A stretch of DNA of 64,000 nt from assembly GCF_009914755.1 (NCBI RefSeq), contig NC_060947.1; one strand, given 5' to 3'. Below, piece by piece: positions 53,241 to 64,000 of this stretch. The notes under the pieces were generated by a model that saw nothing but the letters and a program-made list of their open reading frames with translations, was not told the DNA's origin and did not search any database. Numbering within the stretch: position 1 is the first letter of the stretch; the number at the start of each line of letters is the position of its first letter. The stretch comes from the human T2T-CHM13v2.0 reference genome, Homo sapiens. The position numbers and the translations under genes are program-made.

Positions 53241-54340
53241 CAGGTTTTTTTTTTCTGGCTGGTAAAGTTCTATGAATTGTATGCAAAGTATACCTTAATA
53301 AATCTTTAAAAATAAATGAAATGAATAAATTTATGGTATAATATAACTGCTTCTTTGTTATCACCCTAAATAACAACAAATAAAATAACAATACAATATA
53401 TATGCAGATTATAGGACTTTTTAAAGGCATTTTTGTGTGAAGGCTGTTGTTTAGCTTCAAAAAGAACATTAAACTGTGGAGTCGTCTTTGATAAGGTTAG
53501 AGGCATATTATAATGAATATCCAGTCAACATCAATTTTTTGTTTTAAGGGTTACAAATGTTGAAAAGGCCATCCATGGAGACACATTGTTCCAAATGGAA
53601 TTAAAACTTCCATAGCTCAGTTTACAAGGTGAAGATAATCTCTCAGAGACATCAGGATGCTCCAGACATTTTTGTGTTAAACTCCAGTTGTGAAAACATT
53701 CAACTTCATCATTTGATCTGGAGACAGGAAAACCATGATCATGTGCAATCTCGTAGCAGGTTAATAACCACAGTAATTTCAAAGAAATCATGACCATAAA
53801 AGATGATTTCAGAATATTTGCAACAACTATAATCTGATGCAAAAGTCTCTGTGAGGCCAGGCGTTGTAGCTCACCTGTGTAATCCCAGCACTTTGGGAAG
53901 CCAAGAGGGGAGTATTGCTTGAGCCCGGGAATTCAAGACCAGCCTGGGCAACATAGCAAGACCTTGTCTCTACTAAAAAATAAAATAAAATAAATGCTGG
54001 GTATGGTGGCATGCACCTGTACTCCCAGCTACTGGGGAGGCTGAGGAAGGAAGATCACTTGAGCTTGGGAGTTCAAGCCTGCAGTGAGTTATGATCACAC
54101 CATTGCGCTCCAGCCTGAGTGACAAAGCAAGACTCTATTTTGAATTAAGAAAAAAACAAACTCTGTGATATTTATGGATGACAGAGGTACAGGTACTACT
54201 AATACTATTCCAGTTGCCTGCATTCCTAATGAAGAGAGATGTTCAATTTCAGTTGGAGTTTAATAAAAACTAGATTTTTAAAATTTAAATTTACAGGACT
54301 CCTGAATTCTATCCATAGACTCCCAGGTCAAGAACCACAG
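53241..54340 (-). mobile_element. hAT-Charlie (Charlie4-like) transposon with decayed transposase C-terminus
   Basis: Minus strand 53425-53650 reads, through stops and a frameshift, AMEVLIPFGT...FSTFVTLKTKN*C*LDIHYNMPLTLSKTTPQFNVLFEAKQQPSH (hAT dimerisation domain); right end ctgaattctatccatagactcccaggtcaagaacc. Confidence 0.75.
53855..54157 (+). mobile_element. AluJ inserted in the Charlie element
   Basis: ttgcttgagccc, agcctgggcaacatagcaagacc; TSD ctctgtga on both sides. Confidence 0.92.
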
Positions 54341-54779
54341 ATCTAATGAACTGACATACTCCATTGCAATATGAAGGGAAAAAGCAAGGCAGAATTTTAA
54401 AACATTTGGAAGACAATGTAATTCAGATTTCCACCCAGCATCTGTTCCTTACAACTTTGAGATCATCTGTTTCCCCATCATTCATTCAGTCTTGGTCTCA
54501 GAGACTGGCCCCCTGCTTTTCTCTGAATATGGTCCTGCCTCGGGGCCTTTGTGCTTACTGATCTTCCTGCCTGAAAGAAAAAAAAAAAAAAACAAAGTTT
54601 CGTTTAACTTTCTGTGTAGCTGTCTTTGTCACTGCCTTGAGATTTTGACCTGCTATTTAGAATTGCAATTTAGAATTTAGAATTGCTATTCGGAATTGCA
54701 ATCTGTGCTGTGAGAGTTAATTGCAGCACTTATAGAATTGGCCTAAGTTATTCTGTTGAAATAAGAAATGCACCTGTAT

Positions 54780-55590
<811 letters not shown>

Positions 55591-55619
55591 GTTTAACTGC
55601 CACCATCATTAGTGCACAA

Positions 55620-55890
55620 TCCCTACCCCCAACTCTTCCTCCTCCTTGATGCTGAGTTACTTGTCTCCATGGCACCTATCACCATCTGACATATTATATT
55701 TTTTACTTACTTATTTTGTTCATCATATTACCTATGTATTTGTTACTTTGCTTATTATTTTTATTATCATCTCACTGGGAGACTCCATGACAGCAGGGTT
55801 TCTGGCTTAATTTTTTTTTTTTTTTTTTACTGCAGTATCTTCATTGCCTGTACTATAGCAAATATTTGATGAATAAATGAATGAGTTAAA
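55620..55890 (+). mobile_element. L2 3' end
   Basis: gcacctatcaccatctgacatattatat...ctccatgacagcaggg...aatatttgatgaataaatgaatg. Confidence 0.75.
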
Positions 55891-56520
55891 TAAAAATGCA
55901 GTGTCGAAAAATCGCTTTGAGTTCAAGGCTGTTTTGGCCCAGCTCCGAGGCTGAAAATCAATACACAGAAGCTTAGAAAGATGGACAATGATAGAGCGTG
56001 TGTTCACCTGCTGATTATACTCAAGTCAGTTATGATAAGGAACAGAGATGTTAACTGATGGTCAGCTGCAATAGGAATTGATGCACCTAATCTACATTGA
56101 CTCAAGACCAAAAAGTGATGCCCATGAAGGGCTGCAAGTGGCTAAGAGCTTCTCTTCCTGACAGCTATTTCAGCCTCTGAAGGTAATCGGAGTCACCTAG
56201 GTATGGTATCTCTTTCAGGTTCTCTAATACTTTCAGAAGCGTTTTTTTTTTCAGGGACTTTGCCTGAGGGCTGGGAGAACAGAATGACTGGGAATTGGCA
56301 AGCACCACAGGGGTTTTCAGTCAGGGACACTAGCAGTGAGTTTGGGGGATCTCAAAATTTGATGGTAAGCTGCTTCGATGGACCACTGATACAGAGATTT
56401 GGCTTATCACTGAAAACATTACTCTGTCGAAGCCTCCATTTGGACTGATGGTCTGGAAAATACAGTTTAACTTTGAGTGCTACCCTGTTGAATAATAACC
56501 AAGTCCTTCTTTGCTCTAGA

Positions 56521-56701
56521 GTAATGATTTCCTAAGATTTATCTGTATCAGAGTAATCTGAGGAGTTTTTTTTTTAATATAGAGTCTGCCCTTCCTCTCC
56601 ACTCCCCACCCTGATTGAGATTCTAAATCATCAAGTCTGTGGCCTGGGAAATCAGTATTTTTCCAATTTCTGTGTGTGATTTTACAGTTTGAGAGCAACT
56701 G
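56521..56701. mobile_element. MER5A/B-like (hAT-Charlie)
   Basis: tgtatcagagtaatctgaggag...gagattctaaatcatcaagtctgtggcctgggaaatcagtattttt...gtttgagagcaactg. Confidence 0.7.
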
Positions 56702-56809
56702 CTTTGAATTGTATTAAAAAGATTAGTGAATTCAAAAGTGATTAGTGAGTCCAATGATCAAATTACATTCATTTTTTGAAATGGGAAAATCCCATTTCCA
56801 ATGTGAAAG

Positions 56810-58354
56810 TGTGTCCGGAATTGGTGGGTTCTTGGTCTCACGGACTTCAAGAATGAAGCCGTGGACCCTCACGGTGAATGTTACAGCTTTTAAGGTGGCA
56901 CGTCTGGAGTCTGTCCCTTCTGATGTTCAGATGTGTTCGGAGTTTCTTCCTTCTGGTGGGTTCGTGGTCTCGCTGGCTCAGGAGTGAAGCTGCAGACCTT
57001 CGCGGTGAGTGTTACAGCTCTTAAGGCAGCGTGTCTGGAGTTGTTCGTTCCTGCCGGTGGGCTCATGGTCTCGCTGGGCTCAGGAGTGAAGCTGCAGATC
57101 TTCGCGGTGAGTGTTACAGCTCATAAAAGCAGCGTGGACCCAAAGAGTGAGCAGTAGCAAGATTTATTGCAAAGAGCGAAACAACAAAGCTTCCACAGTG
57201 TGCAAGGGGACCCGAGCGGGTTGCCAATGCTGGTTGGGGCAGCCTGCTTTTATTCTCTTATCTGGCCCCACCCACATCCTGCTGATTGGTAGAGCTGAGT
57301 GGCCTGTTTTGTCAGGGCGCTGATTGGTGCGTTTACAATCCCTGAGCTAGATACAAAGGTTCTCCACGTCCCCATCAGATTAGTTAGATACAGTTTCGAC
57401 ACAAGTTCTCCAAGGCCCCACCAGAGCAGCTAGATACAGAGTGTCAATTGGTGCATTCACAAACCTTGAGCTAAACACAGGGTGCTGATTGGTGTGTTTA
57501 CAAACCTTGAGCTAGATACAGAGTGCCGATTGGTGTATTTACAATCCTTGAGCTAGACATAAAGGTTCTCCACGTCCTCACCAGAGCAGCTAGATACAGA
57601 CTGTCGATTGGTGCACTCACAAACCTTGAGCTAAACACAGGGTGCTGATTGGTGTATTTACAATCCCTGAGCTAGATATAAAGACTCTCCACGTCCCCAC
57701 CAGACTCAGGAGCCCAGCTGGCTTCACCTAGTGGATCCCGTACGAGGGCTGCAGGTGGAGCTGCCTGCCAGTCCCGCGCCGTGCGCTCGCATTCCTCAGC
57801 CTTTGGGTGGTCGATGGGACTGGGCGCTGTGGAGCAGGGGGTGGTGCTCGTTGGTGAGGCTCAGGCTGCATGGGAGCCCATGGAGTGGGTGGGAGGCTCA
57901 GGCATGGCTGGCTGCAGGTCCCGAGCCCTGCCCCGAGGGAAGGCAGCTAAGGCTCGGTGAGAAATCGAGTGCAGCGCCTGTGGGCTGGCACTGCTGGGGG
58001 ACCCAGTACACCCTCCGCAGCCACTGGCCCGGGTGCTAAGCCCCTCATTGCCCGGGGCCAGCAGGGCTGGCCGGCTGCTCCGAGTGCGGGGCCTGCCAAG
58101 CCCACCCCCACCCAGAACTCCAGCTGGCCCGCAAGCGCCGCATGCAGCCCCGGTTCCCGCTCGCGCCTCTCCCTCCACACCTCCCTGCAAGCTGAGGGAG
58201 TGGGCTCCAGCCTTGGCCAGCCCAGAAAGGGGCTCCCACAGTGCAGCGGCGGGCCGAAGGGCTCCTCAAGTGCCGCCAAAGTGGGAGCCCAGGCAGAGGA
58301 GGCGCCGAGAGCGAGCAAGGGCTGTGAGGACTGCCAGCACGCTGTCACCTCTCA
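56810..58354 (-). mobile_element. LTR12C (ERV9) solo LTR, full length, 1545 bp
   Basis: Termini tgtgtccggaattggtggg / gctgtcacctctca; 4-bp TSD aaag at 56806-56809 and 58355-58358; CpG-rich U3 and internal tandem repeats. Confidence 0.95.
57240..57690 (-). promoter_or_regulatory. LTR12C U3 enhancer/promoter array
   Basis: Seven minus-strand CCAAT boxes (attgg at 57285, 57323, 57447, 57488, 57529, 57607, 57648), repeated tagata GATA motifs, and the AATAAAA TATA-equivalent at 57248-57254. Confidence 0.75.
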
Positions 58355-58506
58355 AAAGCAGTGAAATCCTTTCAGAGGCAACTGTTTGCTCCAGGTTTCC
58401 CGAGTTTCCTAACATCTTGTTTCTGTCTTCCAATCAGTGTTCTATTGTTTAAACTCCCAGAGGGAGAGTAGAGAAGATGAAAAGCAAAATACACAATGCT
58501 ATAGGT

Positions 58507-58589
58507 CTTGAACTCCTGGACTCAAGCGAACCTCCTGCCTCAGCCTCCAAAAGTGCTGGGATTACAGGCGTGAGCCATGGCACCTGGCC
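58507..58589 (-). mobile_element. Tailless AluJ/FLAM-type 5' fragment
   Basis: About Alu nt 1-85 only, no poly-A; TSD acacaatgcta[t/c]aggt at 58491-58506 and 58590-58605. Confidence 0.9.
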
Positions 58590-58885
58590 ACACAATGCTA
58601 CAGGTTTGCTGTTGAGTTGGTTGGGAAGAAGCTGCTGGCTGGTTGTTTTTCATAAGCTGTTGGGAAGGAAGGGAAGAGGACAGGTGGTAAATAATTTTCC
58701 CAAAAGTAAAATAGCCAGTAATTGGAAGAGTTGGGTATAGAAGCAAGATCTTTCCACTAACATGCCACACCCCACCCCAATACCAACTTCTTTCTACAAT
58801 TCTGTACTGTCACAATAAGAAACTGAAATAGTAGTCAGTCACACACAATTTACCTAGAGTGGCCAAATGAAGCCTCATCAAATTA

Positions 58886-59251
<366 letters not shown>

Positions 59252-59291
59252 TCATTGTACATAGTCTAACTGTCCCCAGAAGGCAGTCATG

Positions 59292-59494
59292 ACTGGAGTC
59301 AGTGGTATTGGCTCTTAAAAGCTGGATGTGCAAATTTGTTTCCAAATTTTGCATTCGGTTATGTCATGTTGGTAGCTTGAAATTGGCCATGGTAGGCATT
59401 TCTACACCACAGAAACTGGCAAACACTACAAACCAAGTGCTTGTAATTTTTTACTGGGGATTTGGATGTTAAACATTTTACCAGCACATCACTA
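59292..59494. mobile_element. MER63A-like (hAT-Blackjack)
   Basis: gtcatgttggtagcttgaaattggccatggt...acaccacagaaactggcaaacactacaaa...gttaaacattttaccagcacatcact. Confidence 0.8.
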
Positions 59495-60652
59495 CTCAAC
59501 GACTAGTGTCCATGACAAAATGTCATTATGTTGCCTCTGGTGGTCAGGTAAATCATGTGATGAAGTGCTTTCTATATTGAAAGCAGCCATATATCATATA
59601 TTGTTCTGTTATTCTCACTGGGGAAAACAAGCGTCCTAACTGATTTCTGAGTCATTCTTCTTGTGACTAACAAACTAATTCAGAGAAGCTTATTATTCCG
59701 TGACTCTCCACTTAAAGAGGGACCTTTGCCCTCTATGACAAGCCTAAGAAGATGAAAGTTACAGAAAAAGCTGTTTGTTTTAATGACTTCTTTTAGCACA
59801 GTACAGTTGGAAGTCTCATATCAAACCAAAGTTTTTCTCTCAAAGTAGCTGTCTCCAGTCCTGACCTAGAGTGGAAATCACATGAGACACAGAAATTCAC
59901 AGCTCAAGGAGAATTATCTGCCAGCATCATTGAGCAACCAATTTAGCATCACTGCCACTGGTGAGGATCCATAGTAGAACAGCTGCCTTCAATCCACAGA
60001 TTATTGAGCTAAAGACAGAGAATTGCTTATTCATTAATCAGAGTGAACAATGTCATCATTGACCAGGCAAGAGAAAGAGTATATTTAAAGCCTTGGAAAC
60101 TGACAAATCGAGATTTCCACTGGTCAAAGTCTTTCCAAATCCCTGGTGTAGTGTCTTCCCTGTAGCTGGTACTGGCACACGTTTGGTTCTTCCTCTTGTC
60201 TGCTGCTAAATCCCCAGAGTACAGAGTACATTTTCACTAAACCCAACTGACATAGGCAGCGATTGGATCAGAAGAGCTTATTAATGAACTGAAGGGCACA
60301 ACAAGGACTGCTTACATCACTAACTGTTGGTAGCTAGGGGCTGTGCAGGAAACTTTTTTTTAAATTTTTTTTTTATCACCAGCAGTTAGGTCCAGAATAT
60401 AACTGATAACAGCCACATTTGAATTACATTCCTACAAACACCACAGTTAATGTCAGTTCTGGAAAATGCAGGGAGGAAAACCACCAAGGTGATGCTCTAG
60501 TTAATAAAAATATTCCAAGGAAACCATTTTCATCTCAAATGATTACTCTTAGCTTTGTCTGAGAGAATACCTAGACTATCCTTGGGTGGCAAATGACTCC
60601 AGCGACCCTTGCTATTTGGGTGTCAGTCCTTTCCATTAAGACTAGAAAAGTA

Positions 60653-60943
<291 letters not shown>

Positions 60944-60954
60944 TTACAGACTGT

Positions 60955-61243
60955 ATAGCATCAGCCCTCCATATTCATGGGTTCTGCATCCAGAGATTTC
61001 AAAAATATTGAAGAAAAACAATTAAAACATAACAATTAAAAATACAGTACAATAACTATATAGTATTTATATTGTATTCAGTATTTTAAGTAATCTAGAG
61101 ATGATTTAAAGTACATGGGAGGATGTGCCTAGGTTATATGAAAATCCTGTATCATTTTATGTCAGGGACTTGAGCATCTGTGGATTTTAGTATCCAACAG
61201 TGATCCTGGAACCAATTCCCCAAGGATACTGGAAGAGGACTGT
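60955..61243. mobile_element. MER2 (TcMar-Tigger)
   Basis: gccctccatattcatgggttctgcatcc...gtaatctagagatgatttaaagtac...cctggaaccaattcccc...gactgta. Confidence 0.85.
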
Positions 61244-62246
61244 ACCTGTTGGCTCTGTTTCAGTTAGGTTCCTGCCAGCAATGGTCTTCCAACGAGTAAA
61301 GGCTGATTTGCATCTATGCTGCTCTCTCCATATTCTTTTCTCCTTATGACAAGCAGCATGAAGGACTGCTGGCCTGGGGAACACATCTTATCTGAATTCC
61401 TGGAAGAGACAAGCCAATAGACCCACTTATGACCAAGAACTGGACACTCACATGCTCTTAGTAATCATTAGATTCTAACGAATAGAATCTACTCAAGTTA
61501 GGTTAAGTAAAAGGATAAAGATCTCCTGGAAGAGGAAGCTGTATAGGTTCCAGGAAAAGCAGGAATGAAGAAGATAGTTTCAGGAAGTTTAACAATACAC
61601 ATACGTGCATACTTACTCTGGTGTCCTACCACTTATCTGACTCAGTTGTCCATTCTCTGAGTCTTTGTATTGCTTGATTCAAATTTTCCAAAGAAGAAAC
61701 ATCAGTGACCACTGATAAGCATACAGATTGACTACCCTGAGAGTGCTGTCTATCCCTGTCTCATTAGACAGTGGGCAAAGCAATGTAGGATGGTTTCATA
61801 TTCTCAGGACTAACAACAGGGAGCAAGGTAAGATTGAATAGGAAATCAGTCATGGAAGACATATCCACTAGCATCTTTACTCAGTACCATAACAAACCAA
61901 AGAATAGTGCCATAGTCTGCAGTTTACTTTTTAAATGAATGGTGCTCTGGATCTGCACATTATGAAATTTACCTCTAAATCAATCATGTAAGCTGGCTTA
62001 GGCTCAAAAGAAAAAATATATACATACATAAAGGTAAAACAAGCAGCCATTCTATCATTTCAGCCATCCAATGAATAGATTGACCATGAAAAAAATCAAC
62101 TGAGCCAAAATGTTTGATCTGATGATCTAGAGCAGAAGGAGCAGAAGGATTTGACATTCGTGTGGCAATAAAAATTATTGTTATATTAATTGTGCTTACT
62201 TCTCATTGTGAGGTTAATGTTTTGCTCTTCATTGCTAATTATAGAT

Positions 62247-62466
62247 CAGGGTCAGAAAACTTTTTCTGTAAAGGACCAGATAGTAAATAATTTAAGTTAT
62301 TCAGGCCATCTGCTCTCTGTGACAACCTCTCAACTCTTCTGACATGCTGATGCAGCCATAGACAATATGTAAATTAATGGGTGTAGCCAATTGCCAATAA
62401 AGTTTTATTTACAAAAACAGGTGGCAAGATGGATTCCGTCTGCTAACCATTGTTTGTCAACCTCTG
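62247..62466. mobile_element. MER58A (hAT-Charlie)
   Basis: cagggtcagaaaactttttctgtaaagg...gtttgtcaacctctg; 8-bp TSD ttatagat / ttttagat. Confidence 0.88.
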
Positions 62467-62585
62467 TTTTAGATCATTTCTTGTTCTTCTCTGTCAAACA
62501 TCTAGGTTTTTTTACATACATACCATCAGAGGACACAACCCCCCACTCCTCCTTGTTGTGGTCATCAAGAAATGTCTGGTTATTA

Positions 62586-62697
62586 CCGGGAGGCGGAGGT
62601 TGCAATGAGCCGAGATCGCGCCACTGCACTCCAACCTGGGCGACAGAGCGTGACTCCGTCTCAAAAAAAAAAAGAAAAAAGAAAAAAAAGAAAAGAA
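62586..62697 (+). mobile_element. Heavily 5'-truncated Alu (last 80 nt plus tail)
   Basis: 19-bp TSD aagaaatgtctggttatta / aagaaacgtcaggttatta. Confidence 0.92.
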
Positions 62698-62716
62698 AAG
62701 AAACGTCAGGTTATTA

Positions 62717-63110
62717 GATCCAACTATATTGTTGCAAATGACAGGATCTCAGTTTTTTATGGCTGAATAGTACTCCATTGTGCGTATGTACCACATTTTC
62801 TTTATTCATTCATCTGTTGATGGACACTTAAGTTGCTTCCAAATATTGGCTATTATGAATGGTGCTGCAATATACATGGGAGTGCAGATATCTCTTCTAT
62901 ATCCTGATTTCTTTTCTTTTGGGTTATATACCTCAGAATGAGATTGTTGGATCATATAGTAGCTCTAATTTTAGTTTTTTGGGAAACCTCCAAACTGTTC
63001 TCCATAGTGGTTACACTAATTTACATTCCTACCAGCAGTGTATGAGGGTTCCCTTTTCTCCACATCCTTGCCAGAAATTGTTATTGTCTGTCTTTTGGAT
63101 AAAAGCCATT
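62717..63110 (-). mobile_element. L1MA fragment
   Basis: gttgcaaatgacaggatctc...atggctgaatagtactccattgtg...ttttggataaaagccatt. Confidence 0.88.
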
Positions 63111-63124
63111 TCTATCTTCCTTTT

Positions 63125-63750
63125 AATCGTTGATGCTTGTCATTGTTCTTGACAACTTTTCCACTCATAGCGAAGACAATTCACCCTGCATCCTAGCGTC
63201 TCTGTCCCTTGAAGTCTTCACTTCCAATAATCTTCTCATCTACATCACTTAATCCACCCACTTTCTCTTAGAGTCTGCCATCTCCAATAACCAAACTACC
63301 TGTAAAATCTTGATTTCGAGCCTCTCACTAACCATCAAGCCCTCTCTCTCTCTCTAATTCACTCACTCTAGTACCCCAGACACCAATAGTTCTTTGACTC
63401 ACTGAGACCACTAGAACCTCCAGTCCATTGACCCTATCACTTTTTCACCATACACCATCCCTGCCCTCGCAAGTCCTCCTATCCCTCCTTGCACAGTTTA
63501 GACAGCAGTCATACTCTTGGATACTCCCCTTAACTCCATTGTTCCTCTTTCCCGGTTCTTTACCCAAGCTACAGCTGTACCTGAGCACTAAATATGGCTG
63601 GAGGAAAACAAGCATGACCACGGTGCTCAAGTGGGCACTCAACATACCTAACAAGCCTACCATGTTTATCTAGTAACGTTAACTTTCCCACTCTTGGAGA
63701 CAATTACTTTACATCTTTCTTATTCTCCAACCTCCAAAGTCACCTCCCTA
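63125..63750 (+). mobile_element. L2 internal fragment
   Basis: ctgagaccactagaacctccagtccattgaccctatcactttttca and gagcactaaatatggctggaggaaaac resemble L2 ORF sequence. Confidence 0.6.
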
Positions 63751-64000
63751 TAATCACTTTTTCTGTTTTGTTGGCGAATAGAAATTATCCAAGCTTGTAT
63801 TTCCCTGGGCTCAGGAACATTTGTGCTGCAGAGTTGAAGGTTATGGTTCCCCAGAGGCAGGTGCCTTCTGTGATGAGTGCCCACTTTCTTGGCTTGCATC
63901 TCTGAAACTCACTGAGGGAATTATGCTAGATTTTCCCAGGATTAGAAGACAGAGAGCACTTGGAGACCTAGGGTAGAGTTTGCTAACATGGAGAGACTTT

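Noticed and set aside
57280-57690. Regularly spaced repeats superficially like a CRISPR array
   Set aside because: These are the known LTR12 U3 tandem enhancer units; the intervening sequences repeat and the DNA is primate.
57731-58452. Cluster of GC-rich ORFs suggesting a gene or CpG-island promoter
   Set aside because: All lie in the LTR12C U3, where overlapping ORFs are expected from base composition.
63869-63915. C/D-box snoRNA (gtgatga...ctga)
   Set aside because: The boxes are only about 35-45 nt apart and there is no terminal stem.

Overview
This is primate genomic DNA, very probably human or another ape, judged from AluY/S/J, L1PA/L1PB, THE1C and LTR12C. It is AT-rich and mostly interspersed repeats. 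I found no credible protein-coding exon, RNA gene or non-repeat CpG island; the ORF-track entries I could place derive from Alu, L1, LTR, ERVL pol or hAT transposase remnants, and the rest look like chance ORFs. The window reads as intergenic or deep-intronic, and I cannot name the locus. Family and subfamily calls come from my recall of consensus sequences, not a search, and boundaries of old repeats are approximate. I see no new multi-gene system. The best structural observations are: (1) one TSD-bounded THE1C element in which part of the 5' LTR and 5' internal region is replaced by about 550 bp of HERV-L pol (YIDD RT core to RNase H-like tether), joined by 6-7 bp microhomologies and apparently in frame with the THE1 internal ORF; (2) a local duplication of about 670 bp (LTR16 plus L2 composite) with copies 4.9 kb apart; (3) one TSD-bounded L1PB carrying two diverged copies of the same ORF2 segment, a fold-back hairpin and a half-MADE1; (4) an intact solo LTR12C promoter facing left; (5) a tailless Alu 5' fragment with a 16-bp TSD.
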